Part shown: piece by piece, positions 22,616-34,735 of the stretch
Layout of the letters: each line of letters opens with the position of its first letter
Position numbering within the stretch: position 1 is the first letter of the stretch
Assembly: GCA_000004985.1 (NCBI GenBank)
Contig: GG738913.1
From: Naegleria gruberi
Lineage: Eukaryota
DNA length: 64,000 nt
Direction: 5' to 3' (one strand)
Translations under genes and position numbers: made by a program
Notes under the pieces: model-generated
Seen by the model: only the letters and a program-made list of their open reading frames with translations
Told to the model about the DNA's origin: nothing
Databases searched by the model: none

Positions 22616-24892
22616 TTATTGAGATTGGACAGCAAGTTTTCTAAGACCATCCAAAAATACTTGCATAGCAGCATCATCTGTCAAAACGACTGTACTATTT
22701 TGGCCATACATTTGGTCCTTGTGAGTGGTTGAAGGGTTAATCTTGGCCATCAAGAATCTTGCTTGACCTGAACCTTGATCACATTCGATATATCTTGGAT
22801 ATGGGAAACGATCCTTAATAATAAGCTTGGCATCGTTCTTTGGTAATTCTAACAATTTAGCAAAGCTTTCGTATTGAGGTTGGTGATGATAACCAGCTTC
22901 TCTCCATGAAGTAACAGTTTCACCATAGTGAATCAAAACGGTAAAGAAGGTATCCAAGAGGAGAATGACATCAGGTCTAACAGAGTTAGAGTCCAATTCA
23001 ACAGGGTGTGGGGATTCAGTGAAAGAGTAAGAGTACAAGGTTGGTTGGATCATGGTAATAGAATTGGTGGTTGTTTCTCTATTCAAAAGTAATCTAAACC
23101 AAGCTGTTTCATCAGGACTGGAGTTGAAAACTCTCAAGAATTGACTTCTTCTCAAGTGGTAAAGGAATTGAGGGAAAACTGAAAATTGAGGTGAAAGGAT
23201 CAATGAATCAGGATTATTAGGAGTGTAAGTACCGAATTTGGAGACCAACTTGATCAATGACTTGTCCAACCATCTCAAAACATCGAATAAATATTCAGTT
23301 TCAGCCTTGAATACAGATAATCTGGCAACAAGGGCTGTGGCAGCTTCTTGATCGAAACCTTGGGCAAGTTCATCAAATCTATTTGGTTGAGCACAACCAA
23401 GAGATTGAGTTGTTACTCTTAATCTATATTCGCCTGAAGGATGTTGATAAGCAGTAACAAATTGGAAGCATCTGATAGCTGGAGTATTCATGTTGGTTGG
23501 ATTTTGTTGATTAACAACATCAAAGTAGAAGGCAAGAGTAGTACTTGGATGGATAGCATTAATCTTCCAGGCATTTGTACTACCTTCACCGATAATATTT
23601 TCAGATACATTATTGGCCTTTCTGTTCATGGAAGTAACTGGACCAAGAACACCACAAACCTTAATTTCGTTTGAACATTGAATTTCAACTGAGCCGTTCA
23701 AACCCATCTTAAGTTGTTCATCAGATCCTGTTTCAAAGAATCTCATGTATGATTCCTTAAAGATTGGATTATCAAAAGTGTCAGTCAAAACCATAGTACC
23801 TCCGGTATTTTCACAACAAGATTTCATTTCCAAAACACCAATTTGATCAAGATTAGCAGCGAAAATATCCAAAACATGTCCATTTTGAACTAATCTTTGA
23901 GCAATCTTCTTATAAAACTCGGTAGCCTTCTTGAAGTGTGGAGCCTTTCCGCTTCTCAATTCATTGTGCAATCTAATTTGTTCAATAAGTTCCAATCCAA
24001 CAACTTCACCATCACCAAAGGTACATGGACCACCAATAAAGTTCAAAATTCTAGATCCGTATCCCTTAAAGGTTGATTCAAGAAGAGAAGTAGCAACAGA
24101 TAAAGCAACACCGGTACAACGACGTGGACGACGACCACTCTTAACAGGCCATGGATCAGTTTGAAGTTCTTCAATAATATCCATTAATTGAGGACAATCA
24201 GCAAGTGGACACAAGAATTTAGAAATGGCTGGGTTAATAATTGGTTGATTTGGTAAACGTCCAAATTGTCCTTGTTGTGGTTGGGATGGCATTTTCAAAC
24301 CTAATTGTTCTTGAACTTGTTCCACTGGTGTTTCCTTGTCTCCTCTGAAAACATAAGCTTTACTACATTCCTTGAATCCTAATTCAAAAACTTGAACTGT
24401 TGCTCCATAAGTAATCAAACCAACAAGAGAATTTTCAGGAATAATATTAAGACTTTGCAAAATAGAATCCTTCATGAATCTCATTTCATCTTCTGGAAGA
24501 CAAGTATCAACCAAGAGAAGGAAAACTGGTGCTGGTGCATTAGGCTTGTTAAGTTTGTATTCAATAGTAGTGAAACCAGTGTGAAGTTCGGCAGGATGTT
24601 GAGCTTCAGTAATTCCAGAGTATGAAGGAGGGAACATATTAACATCCATACATAATGGACAACTCCATTGTTTAATTCTATAATCAACTCTAGCAAAAGG
24701 GTTGAGAATACCTCTACAAGTTTTACAAACAACAGGTTCGTATGGAAGTGTAAGAAGTCCTGGGATTTCCTTGAGAGGAGTGTATAAACAACCAACAGGA
24801 ATAACACAACGAGATTGATCAATTCTGTTAGCTGGAAGAATATTCCAAGAATTACGAACACCGTTCGATGTTTCGTTTAATGTTGGATCCAT
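22616..24892 (-). CDS. SEC23: COPII coat subunit Sec23
   Basis: The 758-aa single-exon protein has the Zn-finger region CKTCRGILNPFARVDYRIKQWSCPLC and a trunk, beta-sandwich, helical and gelsolin-like layout colinear with Sec23 throughout. Confidence 0.85.
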   Translation of the reverse strand: MDPTLNETSNGVRNSWNILPANRIDQSRCVIPVGCLYTPLKEIPGLLTLPYEPVVCKTCRGILNPFARVDYRIKQWSCPLCMDVNMFPPSYSGITEAQHPAELHTGFTTIEYKLNKPNAPAPVFLLLVDTCLPEDEMRFMKDSILQSLNIIPENSLVGLITYGATVQVFELGFKECSKAYVFRGDKETPVEQVQEQLGLKMPSQPQQGQFGRLPNQPIINPAISKFLCPLADCPQLMDIIEELQTDPWPVKSGRRPRRCTGVALSVATSLLESTFKGYGSRILNFIGGPCTFGDGEVVGLELIEQIRLHNELRSGKAPHFKKATEFYKKIAQRLVQNGHVLDIFAANLDQIGVLEMKSCCENTGGTMVLTDTFDNPIFKESYMRFFETGSDEQLKMGLNGSVEIQCSNEIKVCGVLGPVTSMNRKANNVSENIIGEGSTNAWKINAIHPSTTLAFYFDVVNQQNPTNMNTPAIRCFQFVTAYQHPSGEYRLRVTTQSLGCAQPNRFDELAQGFDQEAATALVARLSVFKAETEYLFDVLRWLDKSLIKLVSKFGTYTPNNPDSLILSPQFSVFPQFLYHLRRSQFLRVFNSSPDETAWFRLLLNRETTTNSITMIQPTLYSYSFTESPHPVELDSNSVRPDVILLLDTFFTVLIHYGETVTSWREAGYHHQPQYESFAKLLELPKNDAKLIIKDRFPYPRYIECDQGSGQARFLMAKINPSTTHKDQMYGQNSTVVLTDDAAMQVFLDGLRKLAVQSQ

Positions 24893-25257
24893 CTTGTATT
24901 ATTAAAAAATTATAATTATTTGATGATTAAATTTTCTTCCTCTTGTTGTTTTTCAAAACCGGCTTGAAGCGGAAAAAATGAAAATGAAAGGTGAACAGAG
25001 AGGTTGAATTTTTTTTAATAAATAATCTTTGAAATTTTTTATTCAAGCAAACAACGGTTCGAACTCCACGTCATTTCCAGCAAGACATAGACGTGTTTTC
25101 TTGAGATAGATAACTAAGGATTATCCACTCGTGTGATGATGACCAAATTACATCATCCATTGAGGTAATTCTCAATATTATTAATATTTTGAAATATATT
25201 ACATTCTAAATGATGAGTATTGTTAATTTTTTGGAAAAATAATAATTTTATCAACAT

Positions 25258-25887
25258 TTAATGTCTACGTCCTCCTGATTTCTTCTTTACTGTTTGGAAA
25301 CCATCTTCATCAATTTCTGGTTCTTCCTTAACATGAACATGGTCATGGTTATGATCAGCCATGTTAGCATCTTCATCATCACTATCTACGTGATTAACTC
25401 TTATTTTCTCTTCCTTTTCTTCATGTAATTTCTTTTCAACAAATTCTGCTTCTGATGGCATTTCAAATGGTGTTCCTTGTTTTTCCGAAAGTAATCTAAT
25501 GACTTCAGTAAAATTATTATTGAGAATTTGTTTGAAAAGTATGAGAATATGTTTAGAAACAATTTTAATTGATCCATCAAGAATATCAATACCTAAATCT
25601 TCTTCCAAAACATCATTCATATATTGTACAACTTCATCAACTTCTAATTGGTCACCATCATTAGAAATCCACTCTTTAATATTATTTTGGAATTCATCCA
25701 ATAAATCATCGGTATCACCTCCCGAAGCAGAATGTTGTCTAGCAAGAGTGAGAGCAGTCCATTTGCTAAAGATTGTATTAACGGCTTTACAGAAGTAAAA
25801 ATATTGATACAGAGAATAATTATCGTTATGTTTTGGTGATTTAATATCAGAAGAAGCGGACGAAGATGTTGGTGTGTTAGTTTGCAT
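25258..25887 (-). CDS. Hypothetical acidic protein
   Basis: A 209-aa ORF with an ATG start and an acidic, His-rich C-terminus. No recognisable family. Confidence 0.4.
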   Translation of the reverse strand: MQTNTPTSSSASSDIKSPKHNDNYSLYQYFYFCKAVNTIFSKWTALTLARQHSASGGDTDDLLDEFQNNIKEWISNDGDQLEVDEVVQYMNDVLEEDLGIDILDGSIKIVSKHILILFKQILNNNFTEVIRLLSEKQGTPFEMPSEAEFVEKKLHEEKEEKIRVNHVDSDDEDANMADHNHDHVHVKEEPEIDEDGFQTVKKKSGGRRH

Positions 25888-25935
25888 TTTTTTTTCAAAG
25901 ATTCGAAATAAATGTGGAATTTGGTTTAATTGTTT

Positions 25936-27471
25936 TTATTGGTTTTGCATTGCTTTGAGTTTGCTCATTTGAAGAATCATTCGATTGGATTCGTAACATT
26001 CTCTAACTAATTGTTGTAATTCAATTGATTCTCTTCTTTCTTGCTGTTTTTCTTCAGAGGTTTTCAGTGCTTCTGTTCTGAAATCTAAAACAACATTGAC
26101 ATAATTTCTTAAATGGACTGGTGCCTTATTTTCTCTATCAACAGAAAAATGTACCACATCTGCTGTTGGAGTCAAAACTGAAAATGAAAAATTATTTTTC
26201 TCTTTTTCAGACATATCAATAATTGTTCTATCCTCAAATTTAGCTCGTATTCTACCATCGGCAAATAATTGAAAATGACCAATTGATTTGTAATGAGATT
26301 CTTTAAGTATTTGAGATGAATAATTCTTCTTTGTTTGAACCTCCAAATTTGGTTTGTAAACGACCATCTTTTGAGAATTCTCGAAAAGGTGTTTCATTAT
26401 TTGGAAAAGCTCCTTGCTAGGTAATGATTTTGTAATCTCTACACCTTTCCTGCTTTCAGAGAAGCTGTATATTTCTGGTGGAAGTATATTGACATCAAAC
26501 ACCTTTGACAATGGCCTCGAATAACTAGGATCATAAGACCACAGTTTGAAAAAACTGAAAATATCTGAGAGAAAATATAATTCCTCTTCGTTCAATATTA
26601 ATTCCACAACTTCTTTCAAGTATTTTAACGTCATAAATTGAGTATACTCTATTAGAATCGTATTATTTTTCTCCAAACAACATGATAAATATCCTATACA
26701 ACTTTGATTTTGTCGATGGGTGGCAATACTCTTGTAGACACTCGATAGAGTGACATTATTAACTCCCTTTTTCACTTCTCCAGTAAGTCTTGATGTCTTT
26801 TTAGTTTGTGGAAGTGTCATTGTGTAAATAATTTCCACATTTACTGGCTTTTCATCCTTATCGTATCTTTGCTTGTAGTAATAGAGTGCAATAGCAACTG
26901 CATATTTCCATCTATCAGGATAACAATGTTTAGAAAATAATTGATCTTGCTTAATGTACAAAAATTTAGATTGGTTATTTCTATAAATTATTTAGCTTTT
27001 CTAAAATGATTGATTCCACATACCTCGAATGAACTACTGCTGGGAATGATATTTTAAAAAGTACTCCGTTTGGGGCCACTGTTATTGAAACAAAATCAGG
27101 GTAGGTGAAACTCTTCAACGTTATACTTCCATCTTTATGATAGGTAACCAATTCTGAATCGAATTTCCACTGAACAATTGACATATTTACAGACGACTCG
27201 AATAAATTAGCAGAAAAATACTCCTTCGCAAGAATTTGCTCGCATAAATAAGGTTCCTCAACGTGACAATTATAAAACAGTAATAATTGATTCAATTTCA
27301 TTTTGATTTGTTCCTTTCCCTTATTTTGAGCAAATGCTGTAATTTGAAATTCAAACTTGGGAGGCTTCCTCTCCAATATAACATCAAGATCCCTATCCGA
27401 TCCTTCCGATAATCCTTCACTGTAGTAATAAAATATTGTTCCTTCCTCTGCTAATAAAATTGCTGTTTGAT
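25936..27471 (-). CDS. Hypothetical multi-exon gene, 5'-incomplete because it runs into the assembly gap
   Basis: Proposed exons are 27471(gap)..27024 and 26980..25936, joined by a 43-nt intron at 26981..27023 (donor GTATGT, acceptor TTTATAG). This gives ...FPAVVHSR/NNQSKFLYIKQDQLF.... The upstream ORF is open right up to the N run. The C-terminal region contains segments faintly resembling a polo box (HFQLFADGRIRAKFEDRTIIDM). Confidence 0.4.
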
Positions 27472-27724
27472 NNNNNNNNNNNNNNNNNNNNNNNNNNNNN
27501 NNNNNNNNNNNNNNNNNNNNNNNNNNNNNNNNNNNNNNNNNNNNNNNNNNNNNNNNNNNNNNNNNNNNNNNNNNNNNNNNNNNNNNNNNNNNNNNNNNNN
27601 NNNNNNNNNNNNNNNNNNNNNNNNNNNNNNNNNNNNNNNNNNNNNNNNNNNNNNNNNNNNNNNNNNNNNNNNNNNNNNNNNNNNNNNNNNNNNNNNNNNN
27701 NNNNNNNNNNNNNNNNNNNNNNNN
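27472..27724. other. Assembly gap (253 N)
   Basis: A run of N characters. ORF-track entries with poly-X translations across it are artifacts. Confidence 1.
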
Positions 27725-28365
27725 TCCAATAATTACATAGGTTCATCATCTTCATTAGAAGCAGTAGCATACAAGACTACTAACACAATAATCGCAACAT
27801 TATCTAGGTGAAGTAAGTGAACACAATCCTTGTAGGGTTTACGATTTTTTTGTTGTTGTGTGAAGGGAAATGCCGAAGAGCCATTCGTCTTTCTCTCTCC
27901 ATCCATAGCTGTTTTGATTGAAATGTTGAGAGTATAGTAATTGATGATGGACAATCTTCGACTGTTCATAATACCAAGTGGCTGACAACTGCTACTGAAT
28001 AACAATAATAACAATGGTTAATGGCTGTTGCAGAAGAGATGAAGGAGACATATCATCTCTTTCGATATAAAAAAAATAGCAAACACACTGTCATTGTGAT
28101 TTAAACGACGGAGAATCATCGCGCGATTGAGAATAGATCATAAGACTCCTCTCTAACGGTTGAAAATCATCATCTCTTAGCAGGAAACAATCATCATCAT
28201 CAGTACTGTAATATAAGAATCATTGATTCCTATCTGTGCTAATATTTCTAGTTTTATTGTATATATATATCTTGAAAGATTGTTTATCAAAAAGCCCTTC
28301 AATTTGGCTTTAATCTAAGAAATCTTTAGAAAACTTGTATAGAATTAATAATAATAATAATAACA

Positions 28366-29696
28366 ATGGGACAAAATAACAAAAGACCAGTTGTCGGTGG
28401 AACCATGATGGCCAATCCCCACCAAATGAATGGGCATATGCACCAAAATAATATTTCTACAAACAGCTTTGGAGTTGAACCACATGGTGGTCCTCTTAAC
28501 CTTGAACCAAATAGTCAGTCTAATATGATTTACAGTAGTGATTCAGGAAAAGTAACTTTGGATGATTTTGAATTACTTAAAGTTATCGGACAAGGTAATT
28601 TCGCAAAAGTAATGCAAGTCAGGTTAGTATTATTATATTAGTATTTGTTGATATTAATAATGTCATCAATTACTTGAACACAATTTTATGAATTCATCAC
28701 AAATAGGAAAAAGGATACCCAAAAAATTTATGCCATGAAGATATTGAACAAAAAGAAACTCGAGGAAAGTGACCAATTAGAACATATTAAAACAGAAAGA
28801 GCTGTTCTGCAATATGTAGAACATCCATTCCTTGTAAGGCTGGTTTACGCCTTCCAAAGCACTGAAAAATTATACATGGTCATGGATTTCATAAATGGTG
28901 GAGAACTGTTTTTCCACTTGAAGAAATTGAAGAGATTCCCAGAAGATCTTGTAAAACTTTATGCTGCAGAACTTTTCTTATCTTTGGATCACTTACACAA
29001 ACATAATGTTGTTTTCCGTGATTTGAAACCAGAAAATGTTTTGATGGACAAGGATGGTCACGTTATGCTGACGGATTTCGGTCTTGCAAAATTCCTTTCT
29101 AATCAAGATCGTACTCATACTTTCTGTGGTACACCTGAATATTTAGCGTAAGTATCCCTTATCAAATATTTTAAATTTACCTTATTATTAGTCCTGAAGT
29201 TCTCTTACAGAAAGGTCACGGTAAACCAGTCGATTGGTGGTCTTATGGTACCCTAATTTATGAAATGTTAGTTGGTATTCCACCATTCTATTGTGAAAAT
29301 GTTCAAGAAATGTATGATAGAATACTTAATGGAGAACTTGTTCTTCCAGATGAATTTATTTCTCTTGAATGTCAAGATTTACTTGCAAGATTATTGGAAA
29401 GAGATCCTCGAAGAAGACTTGGAAGTGGACAAACAGGAAGTGACGAAATTAGAAATCATCCTTGGTTCAGTGATTTGAACTGGGAAGATGTTTACTTTAG
29501 AAGATACAAGCCAAGATACAAACCGAATGTTAAAAGTGAAGAAGATACAAGTTACTTTGATGAGGAATTTACAAAACAAATGGCTGTTGACAGTGTTTCT
29601 GCAACCGGAGTTCTGGATGACAAGCTTCAAAGAGAATTTGAAGGTTTCACTTACACGGAAGGTGGATACATGAATGACAAGGTAATGAACTACTAA
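28366..29696 (+). CDS. AGC-family Ser/Thr protein kinase (PKB/SGK/S6K-like), 3 exons
   Basis: Exons are 28366..28622, 28707..29147 and 29192..29696. Introns are 28623..28706 (GTTAGT...AATAG) and 29148..29191 (GTAAGT...TATTAG). Splicing restores [63 protein letters not shown] and the C-terminal hydrophobic motif FEGFTYT. Confidence 0.8.
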
Positions 29697-29791
29697 TTAA
29701 CCATTACAACAAAAAGATGTACATTATAATGTTGTAATATACCTGCAAATTATTGTAATTTCTCAAAACAAATAAACCAACTACTTTTAAT

Positions 29792-30697
29792 TTAAACCTT
29801 ATTTTCAATTATTGGAAAACCAATAATCTCACACATGAAACTGAATATTTGATCCTTAGTCAATTCTGATTTTAATTCTTTCAATATTGGATCTTCAGGT
29901 AGAACAAGATTTTCATCAATTTGGGTGGTACCTATCGGAGTAGCTTGAGTGGTTAATTGTGAGGATTGAGGAATCTCATTGTTTGGGGCACATGGAGTTT
30001 CGTTTCCTTTTTGCTGTGGTGTGGTTTGTTCGCTTATTGCTTGATTATCCACCCCTATTCTCGATCCATTGAACAATGAGTCAAGAATGGAGGATGATTC
30101 ACAAGTGGAGGGAAGATTCTTCTTGTTTTCATCTTCTTTTGAGTTGAGGAAAGCCTTTAGAATGTTCTTTCCAAGTTGAGAGAATTTACGTGATAATCCT
30201 AATGATGATCTTCCCTCAAATTCTGGTGTTTCAGCCATTCTTTCGAATATATCTTCGTCCACTAAATCAAATGATTTGTCATTGTGTTGATAGATAAAAT
30301 TCATCATATTTCTAATTTCCTCATCAGAATATTTGGACTTTTTCTGCTTCTTTCTCAAACTCTCGGAAGGAGACAATACAAATGATGAAACATCTCCAAT
30401 CCAAACACCTTTCGAATAACTTTCCTCAATGAATTTCTCAGATAAAACCATTCCAATTCCAGAACTTGCCAACTCTTCATCGAATTGATTCGAAATAATA
30501 AAGTCAGCATCTTCAATCTCATCCACAATTTCACCTCCCAATGTCAAAGCCTTTGTCATTATTTCATCCATCCTGCAGCAACTAGTCTCCAATTTATCTT
30601 GTTTGATATCAAAGAAGAATGAAAAAGCCTTGTTTGAGTGTTGTATGAAATTGGATTTTGATCTTTTGCTTCTTCTCTCGCCACCACCTCTTGCCAT
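29792..30697 (-). CDS. Hypothetical protein, possibly with a BRCT-like N-terminal region
   Basis: The ORF-track start is TTG. The first ATG (MARGGGERRSKRSK) is at 30695-30697. No confident family assignment. Confidence 0.4.
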   Translation of the reverse strand: MARGGGERRSKRSKSNFIQHSNKAFSFFFDIKQDKLETSCCRMDEIMTKALTLGGEIVDEIEDADFIISNQFDEELASSGIGMVLSEKFIEESYSKGVWIGDVSSFVLSPSESLRKKQKKSKYSDEEIRNMMNFIYQHNDKSFDLVDEDIFERMAETPEFEGRSSLGLSRKFSQLGKNILKAFLNSKEDENKKNLPSTCESSSILDSLFNGSRIGVDNQAISEQTTPQQKGNETPCAPNNEIPQSSQLTTQATPIGTTQIDENLVLPEDPILKELKSELTKDQIFSFMCEIIGFPIIENKV

Positions 30698-31128
30698 TTT
30701 TTTTAGCCTTAATTTTTTTTCAACTTTGTTCCCCAACACAAATTGCCTTTAATTTGCATGCATAATATTTAAACCTTAGGGCAGTCATTCCTCAAAGAAT
30801 GTAATCTACTTCTATCAAAGGCAATTTTGCCATCAGGACATGTTTTGGAAGTGGAGTTTTGCACTTCTAATATTTAAATTCTCCACTAAATTTGCCAATT
30901 CATGCTTGTTGTCATCTCACCATAACAATCATCACAATTATTAACACTCTTAAAAAATTGTTTCAACAATTGAACATCCTAAGACTCAAATTTCAACATT
31001 TTCTTTCAGACTTTGAAAGGGAAAATTGATCAACAAACAACTCATCAAAATTTGATCTCTCAACAAGCGACACCTCTCTCTAGCTTATCGTTCACCAAGC
31101 CACAACAACAATTTTGCAAAACATAAAA

Positions 31129-32712
31129 ATGAGCGAACAACCAAAGATCGTTCATCTCACACGAGACAATCACCCCTCAGAGAGCAGCAATACTTTTTCA
31201 TCATCAACATCAACAACATCACTGAATGGTGAGGATGGTGTTGTTGGAGAGCAGGTGGGAATTAAATCCTTTACTGGTGAAACATTTGATTCCTTAACTT
31301 CCCCACTCCCAAGATCCCACTCACTCCCATTTGGTTTATCGGAATCAGCAAGTGGATTCTTTACAACAACAGAAGATGAAGAGGGTTTTTCTAATGAAAT
31401 TTCCAGAATTATTGAAAAGGAAGTCATCAAGGAAATTAATGAAAAAGTTAGAATACATAAACATGAAGTACAACATGCAGTACCACTTACCCTGATGGAT
31501 GTGATCAATACAATGAAGGAAGGTGCTGAAAGTGTTCAAAGAGACGATTTTACAGAATGTTTCCGTCCAAAACCACCAGAACCTTGGAATTGGAATCTTT
31601 TCCTGTTTGTTGGTTGGTTGATCGCATTGATCGGACGTTACTGTATACTTTTACCATTGAGAATATTATTATTCTTATCAGGAACTATTGCATTCATATT
31701 AGTAACTTTGATTTTAATGGTATTGAGAAGTATCTTTGAAAAAAAGAAAAATTCACAAGAAGAAACTGAACAAGATCAACAAGAAGAAAAGAAAATTACC
31801 ACCCTTGATTGGTTAGTAAGAAAATCACTCCAATATTACAGTGCTATTTGGATTCACAGTATGTCAGGAGTTATCAAAATTCATGGCATTCCTCCTGTTA
31901 GAAGAAAGAATCAAATTTATGTTTCAAACCACACTTCACTTATTGATTTTATTCTCTTAACTTATTTGTGTGGTGTTGCAACTGTTGGTCAAAAGCATGG
32001 AGGTTTTGTTGGATTTATGCAAGATAGAGTTGTTTCTCCATTGAAGAATATTTGGTTTGAAAGATTTGAATCAAGAGACAGAAAGAAAACATCTCAAAGA
32101 ATTTATGATCATATTAATGATGTCAGTAATCCACCACTTTTAATTTTCCCAGAAGGTGTTTGTGTCAATAATGAATATATTGTCATGTTCAAGAAGGGTG
32201 TATTTGAAATTGAGGATGTTGAAATTTGTCCAATCGCTATCAAATATAACAAGACTTATTCTGATCCATATTGGAGCAGTCGTGACGAATCATTCCTTGT
32301 TCACATTTTGCGTATTATGAAGAGTTGGTGTTTGGTGGCAGATGTTTACTTTTTGGAACCACAAAAGAAGAGACAAGACGAAGATGCCATTCAATTCACT
32401 GATAGAGTCAAGAATATGATTGGAAATAAGGCTAAATTGATTAGTTTGGATTGGGATGGTTATTTGAAATACTATTCTCCTTCTGTGAAATTGACAGAAG
32501 CCAGACAAAAGGTCAATGCTGAAGTAATGAAGAGAAGATTTTTAATTGGTGTTGAAGACATTATCAGAAGTGCCAGTACCAATTCACTTGATGGATTAAA
32601 TACTCTTCACAATAAGAAGACTGTCAGATTCAAGGATTCTCCATCATCTCCATCTGATGAAAATTCTCCACCTTCCGACAAGCCTCAAAATAATAAGGAA
32701 CATAAAGAATAA
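31129..32712 (+). CDS. ER-type glycerol-3-phosphate / lysophospholipid acyltransferase (GPAT3/4-AGPAT family)
   Basis: The H(X)4D block is VSNHTSLIDFILL. The FPEG block is IFPEGVCVNNEYIVMFKKG. Transmembrane segments are present. The ORF-track start is TTG, so I moved it to the ATG at 31129. Confidence 0.7.
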   Translation: MSEQPKIVHLTRDNHPSESSNTFSSSTSTTSLNGEDGVVGEQVGIKSFTGETFDSLTSPLPRSHSLPFGLSESASGFFTTTEDEEGFSNEISRIIEKEVIKEINEKVRIHKHEVQHAVPLTLMDVINTMKEGAESVQRDDFTECFRPKPPEPWNWNLFLFVGWLIALIGRYCILLPLRILLFLSGTIAFILVTLILMVLRSIFEKKKNSQEETEQDQQEEKKITTLDWLVRKSLQYYSAIWIHSMSGVIKIHGIPPVRRKNQIYVSNHTSLIDFILLTYLCGVATVGQKHGGFVGFMQDRVVSPLKNIWFERFESRDRKKTSQRIYDHINDVSNPPLLIFPEGVCVNNEYIVMFKKGVFEIEDVEICPIAIKYNKTYSDPYWSSRDESFLVHILRIMKSWCLVADVYFLEPQKKRQDEDAIQFTDRVKNMIGNKAKLISLDWDGYLKYYSPSVKLTEARQKVNAEVMKRRFLIGVEDIIRSASTNSLDGLNTLHNKKTVRFKDSPSSPSDENSPPSDKPQNNKEHKE

Positions 32713-32713
32713 A

Positions 32714-32944
32714 TTATTTCATACTTTTCAATTTCTTATAGAGTACGTGAATATTTTCCTTTGGTGTTTCCTTGAAGAAATTTAACAGTGTTTGTTTATC
32801 GGAAAAGCATTCTTCAACAAAGGATTGATAAATCATGTGATTATATAGGCTATCGGCATCACGATCTCCTTTGATTACAGAGTTAATCTCTGCCAAAAAA
32901 TCAATTGTTGATGAGGGTCTAACCTCCTTAGGTGGTGTATTCAT
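32714..32944 (-). CDS. Small hypothetical protein (76 aa)
   Basis: It has an ATG start. It is convergent with the acyltransferase gene, and the two stop codons lie 1 nt apart. No recognisable family. Confidence 0.3.
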   Translation of the reverse strand: MNTPPKEVRPSSTIDFLAEINSVIKGDRDADSLYNHMIYQSFVEECFSDKQTLLNFFKETPKENIHVLYKKLKSMK

Positions 32945-33079
32945 TTTTTTTAAATGAAATTTATTTTTAATCTATTGTACACAAACAGACAAAAAATTGC
33001 CTCTTCACATCACCACCAATAGTTTTAGCTCAACGTTCTAATCAACCATCAATCCTCTTCAAAAAAAATACTTGAAATC

Positions 33080-34632
33080 ATGTCAGCTCAACCTCACGAA
33101 GATATTATTATAGATCAGAGTCTTGAAGACCTTCTTCCAATTGTTATTACAGAATATGATGCCATCTCTAGAAAGGGTATACAATCATCTTTCCTAGCTA
33201 GAGATTTGGTTAGAATGTACGATAAAATTACCTTCTACAAGCACAATAATACGGAATTAGACTTGACTCTATACAATAATATAATTTCAACTTCAAGTGC
33301 TACTTCTAATAATACTGATGGAGATGCTAATAATAATAGTAAAGAAGGTACACAAATTAATGATGAAAATAATCATACTGACAACAAGCCTAATAAGAAT
33401 GACGATGAAGCTGTTGTTGAAATTATTGAAGGAAATCAACAACAATCGGTCAATACTACTTCAACTAATGGAACATCTTCTGAAAATCTTGTTGCAGAAA
33501 CTCCTAATATTGTGGCCGAATCTTCAAATAATTCGAAAGTCAAAACACCAACCGATGATGTGTCAACAAGTGTTGCAACCACACCATCCAAAGAAAAATC
33601 AATTCCTATTTCATCTCCTTCTGGTGTATCATCTCCAACAAAGAAAGATGTTGAAATTATTGTGTTACCATCTAATCAACAAGTAGAAAAGATTGACCAC
33701 CAAAGAATTACAGATTTAGTATATAATGAATTTGAAAAGGATGAATTTACACACTTCCCTCACAATAATTCAAGTCTAGATGATCCAGATAGAAGTGATC
33801 AACTCTTTGTAGATATTTTGAACTTACTTTCCAAATCATTTGCTTTCAAACAATCGGTTCCATGTCAGCCAATTTTGAGTTTGAAAGAATTCAAGGAAAT
33901 TGTTGTGAGCAAGGCAGTTCAAAATTATGTGAGCAGTCTTTTAGAAGGAAAATTCGGTGATAATCATCCAGTTGTCAAATATTTAACACTTGTAGATCAG
34001 GCATTCGTAGTTTCCCTTTTGGGACACTTTGCCGAAGCTCTATTCTTTACCAAAACTCCAATTAGATTTAAGGATATTAGAGGAACTTGGAGAATTGATG
34101 TCAGACTGTATCAAGATAAGATTTCAATGGTTCACAGAAGGTATGTTTCTCACTGATTGATGATTAATTTATTAATTATAACCATAGAACTGAACAAATG
34201 TTAAAACCTCTAGGAAATACCATGCTAAAGAACTTGTTCCAATTCAGTTGGCAAGTTGAAATTATCTATGATTCTTATTCATTGGAACAAATTGGCGCTG
34301 TGCATGTATCGTTATTGGAAGTAGATTGGGCCTCATATGATGAAAGTTTAGGAATGAATCAAAAACAAAAAGATGAAATGCAAAAATTATTCATTAGAAT
34401 GTTTTCAAAGAGTAAGGCAGACAGCAAGTTACCTGTTAAAATAAGCATGGTCGATATTTCTCTAAAACATGTTCGATTACTAGTTAAGGAATTGAGGCAA
34501 CAATCTAAAAAACTTGTCAAACCAAATTCGGAAACCTCCTCAGATAACAAAAGCTGGTTCTCTAGCATTTTCACTAGTCCAGAGTCAGAGGATGATCCTT
34601 TCACTTTCGTATCCAGCAGTAAGAAGAAATAA
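33080..34632 (+). CDS. Hypothetical protein, 2 exons, with an N/S/T-rich low-complexity N-terminal half
   Basis: Exons are 33080..34140 and 34188..34632. The 47-nt intron at 34141..34187 (GTATGT...ACCATAG) joins ...ISMVHRR to TEQMLKPLGNTMLK in frame. Confidence 0.5.
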
Positions 34633-34735
34633 ATTCTCTAAGATACCTAATTAATTTAAGCAACAAGTAGAATACTGGGTGAAAAAATACAAAATTTAAT
34701 TATAAAAAAAAATTTAAACGTTTATTAATCGTATG

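Noticed and set aside
27417-27811. Four ORF-track entries whose translations are runs of X
   Set aside because: They read through the 253-N assembly gap, so they are artifacts of the gap and not genes.
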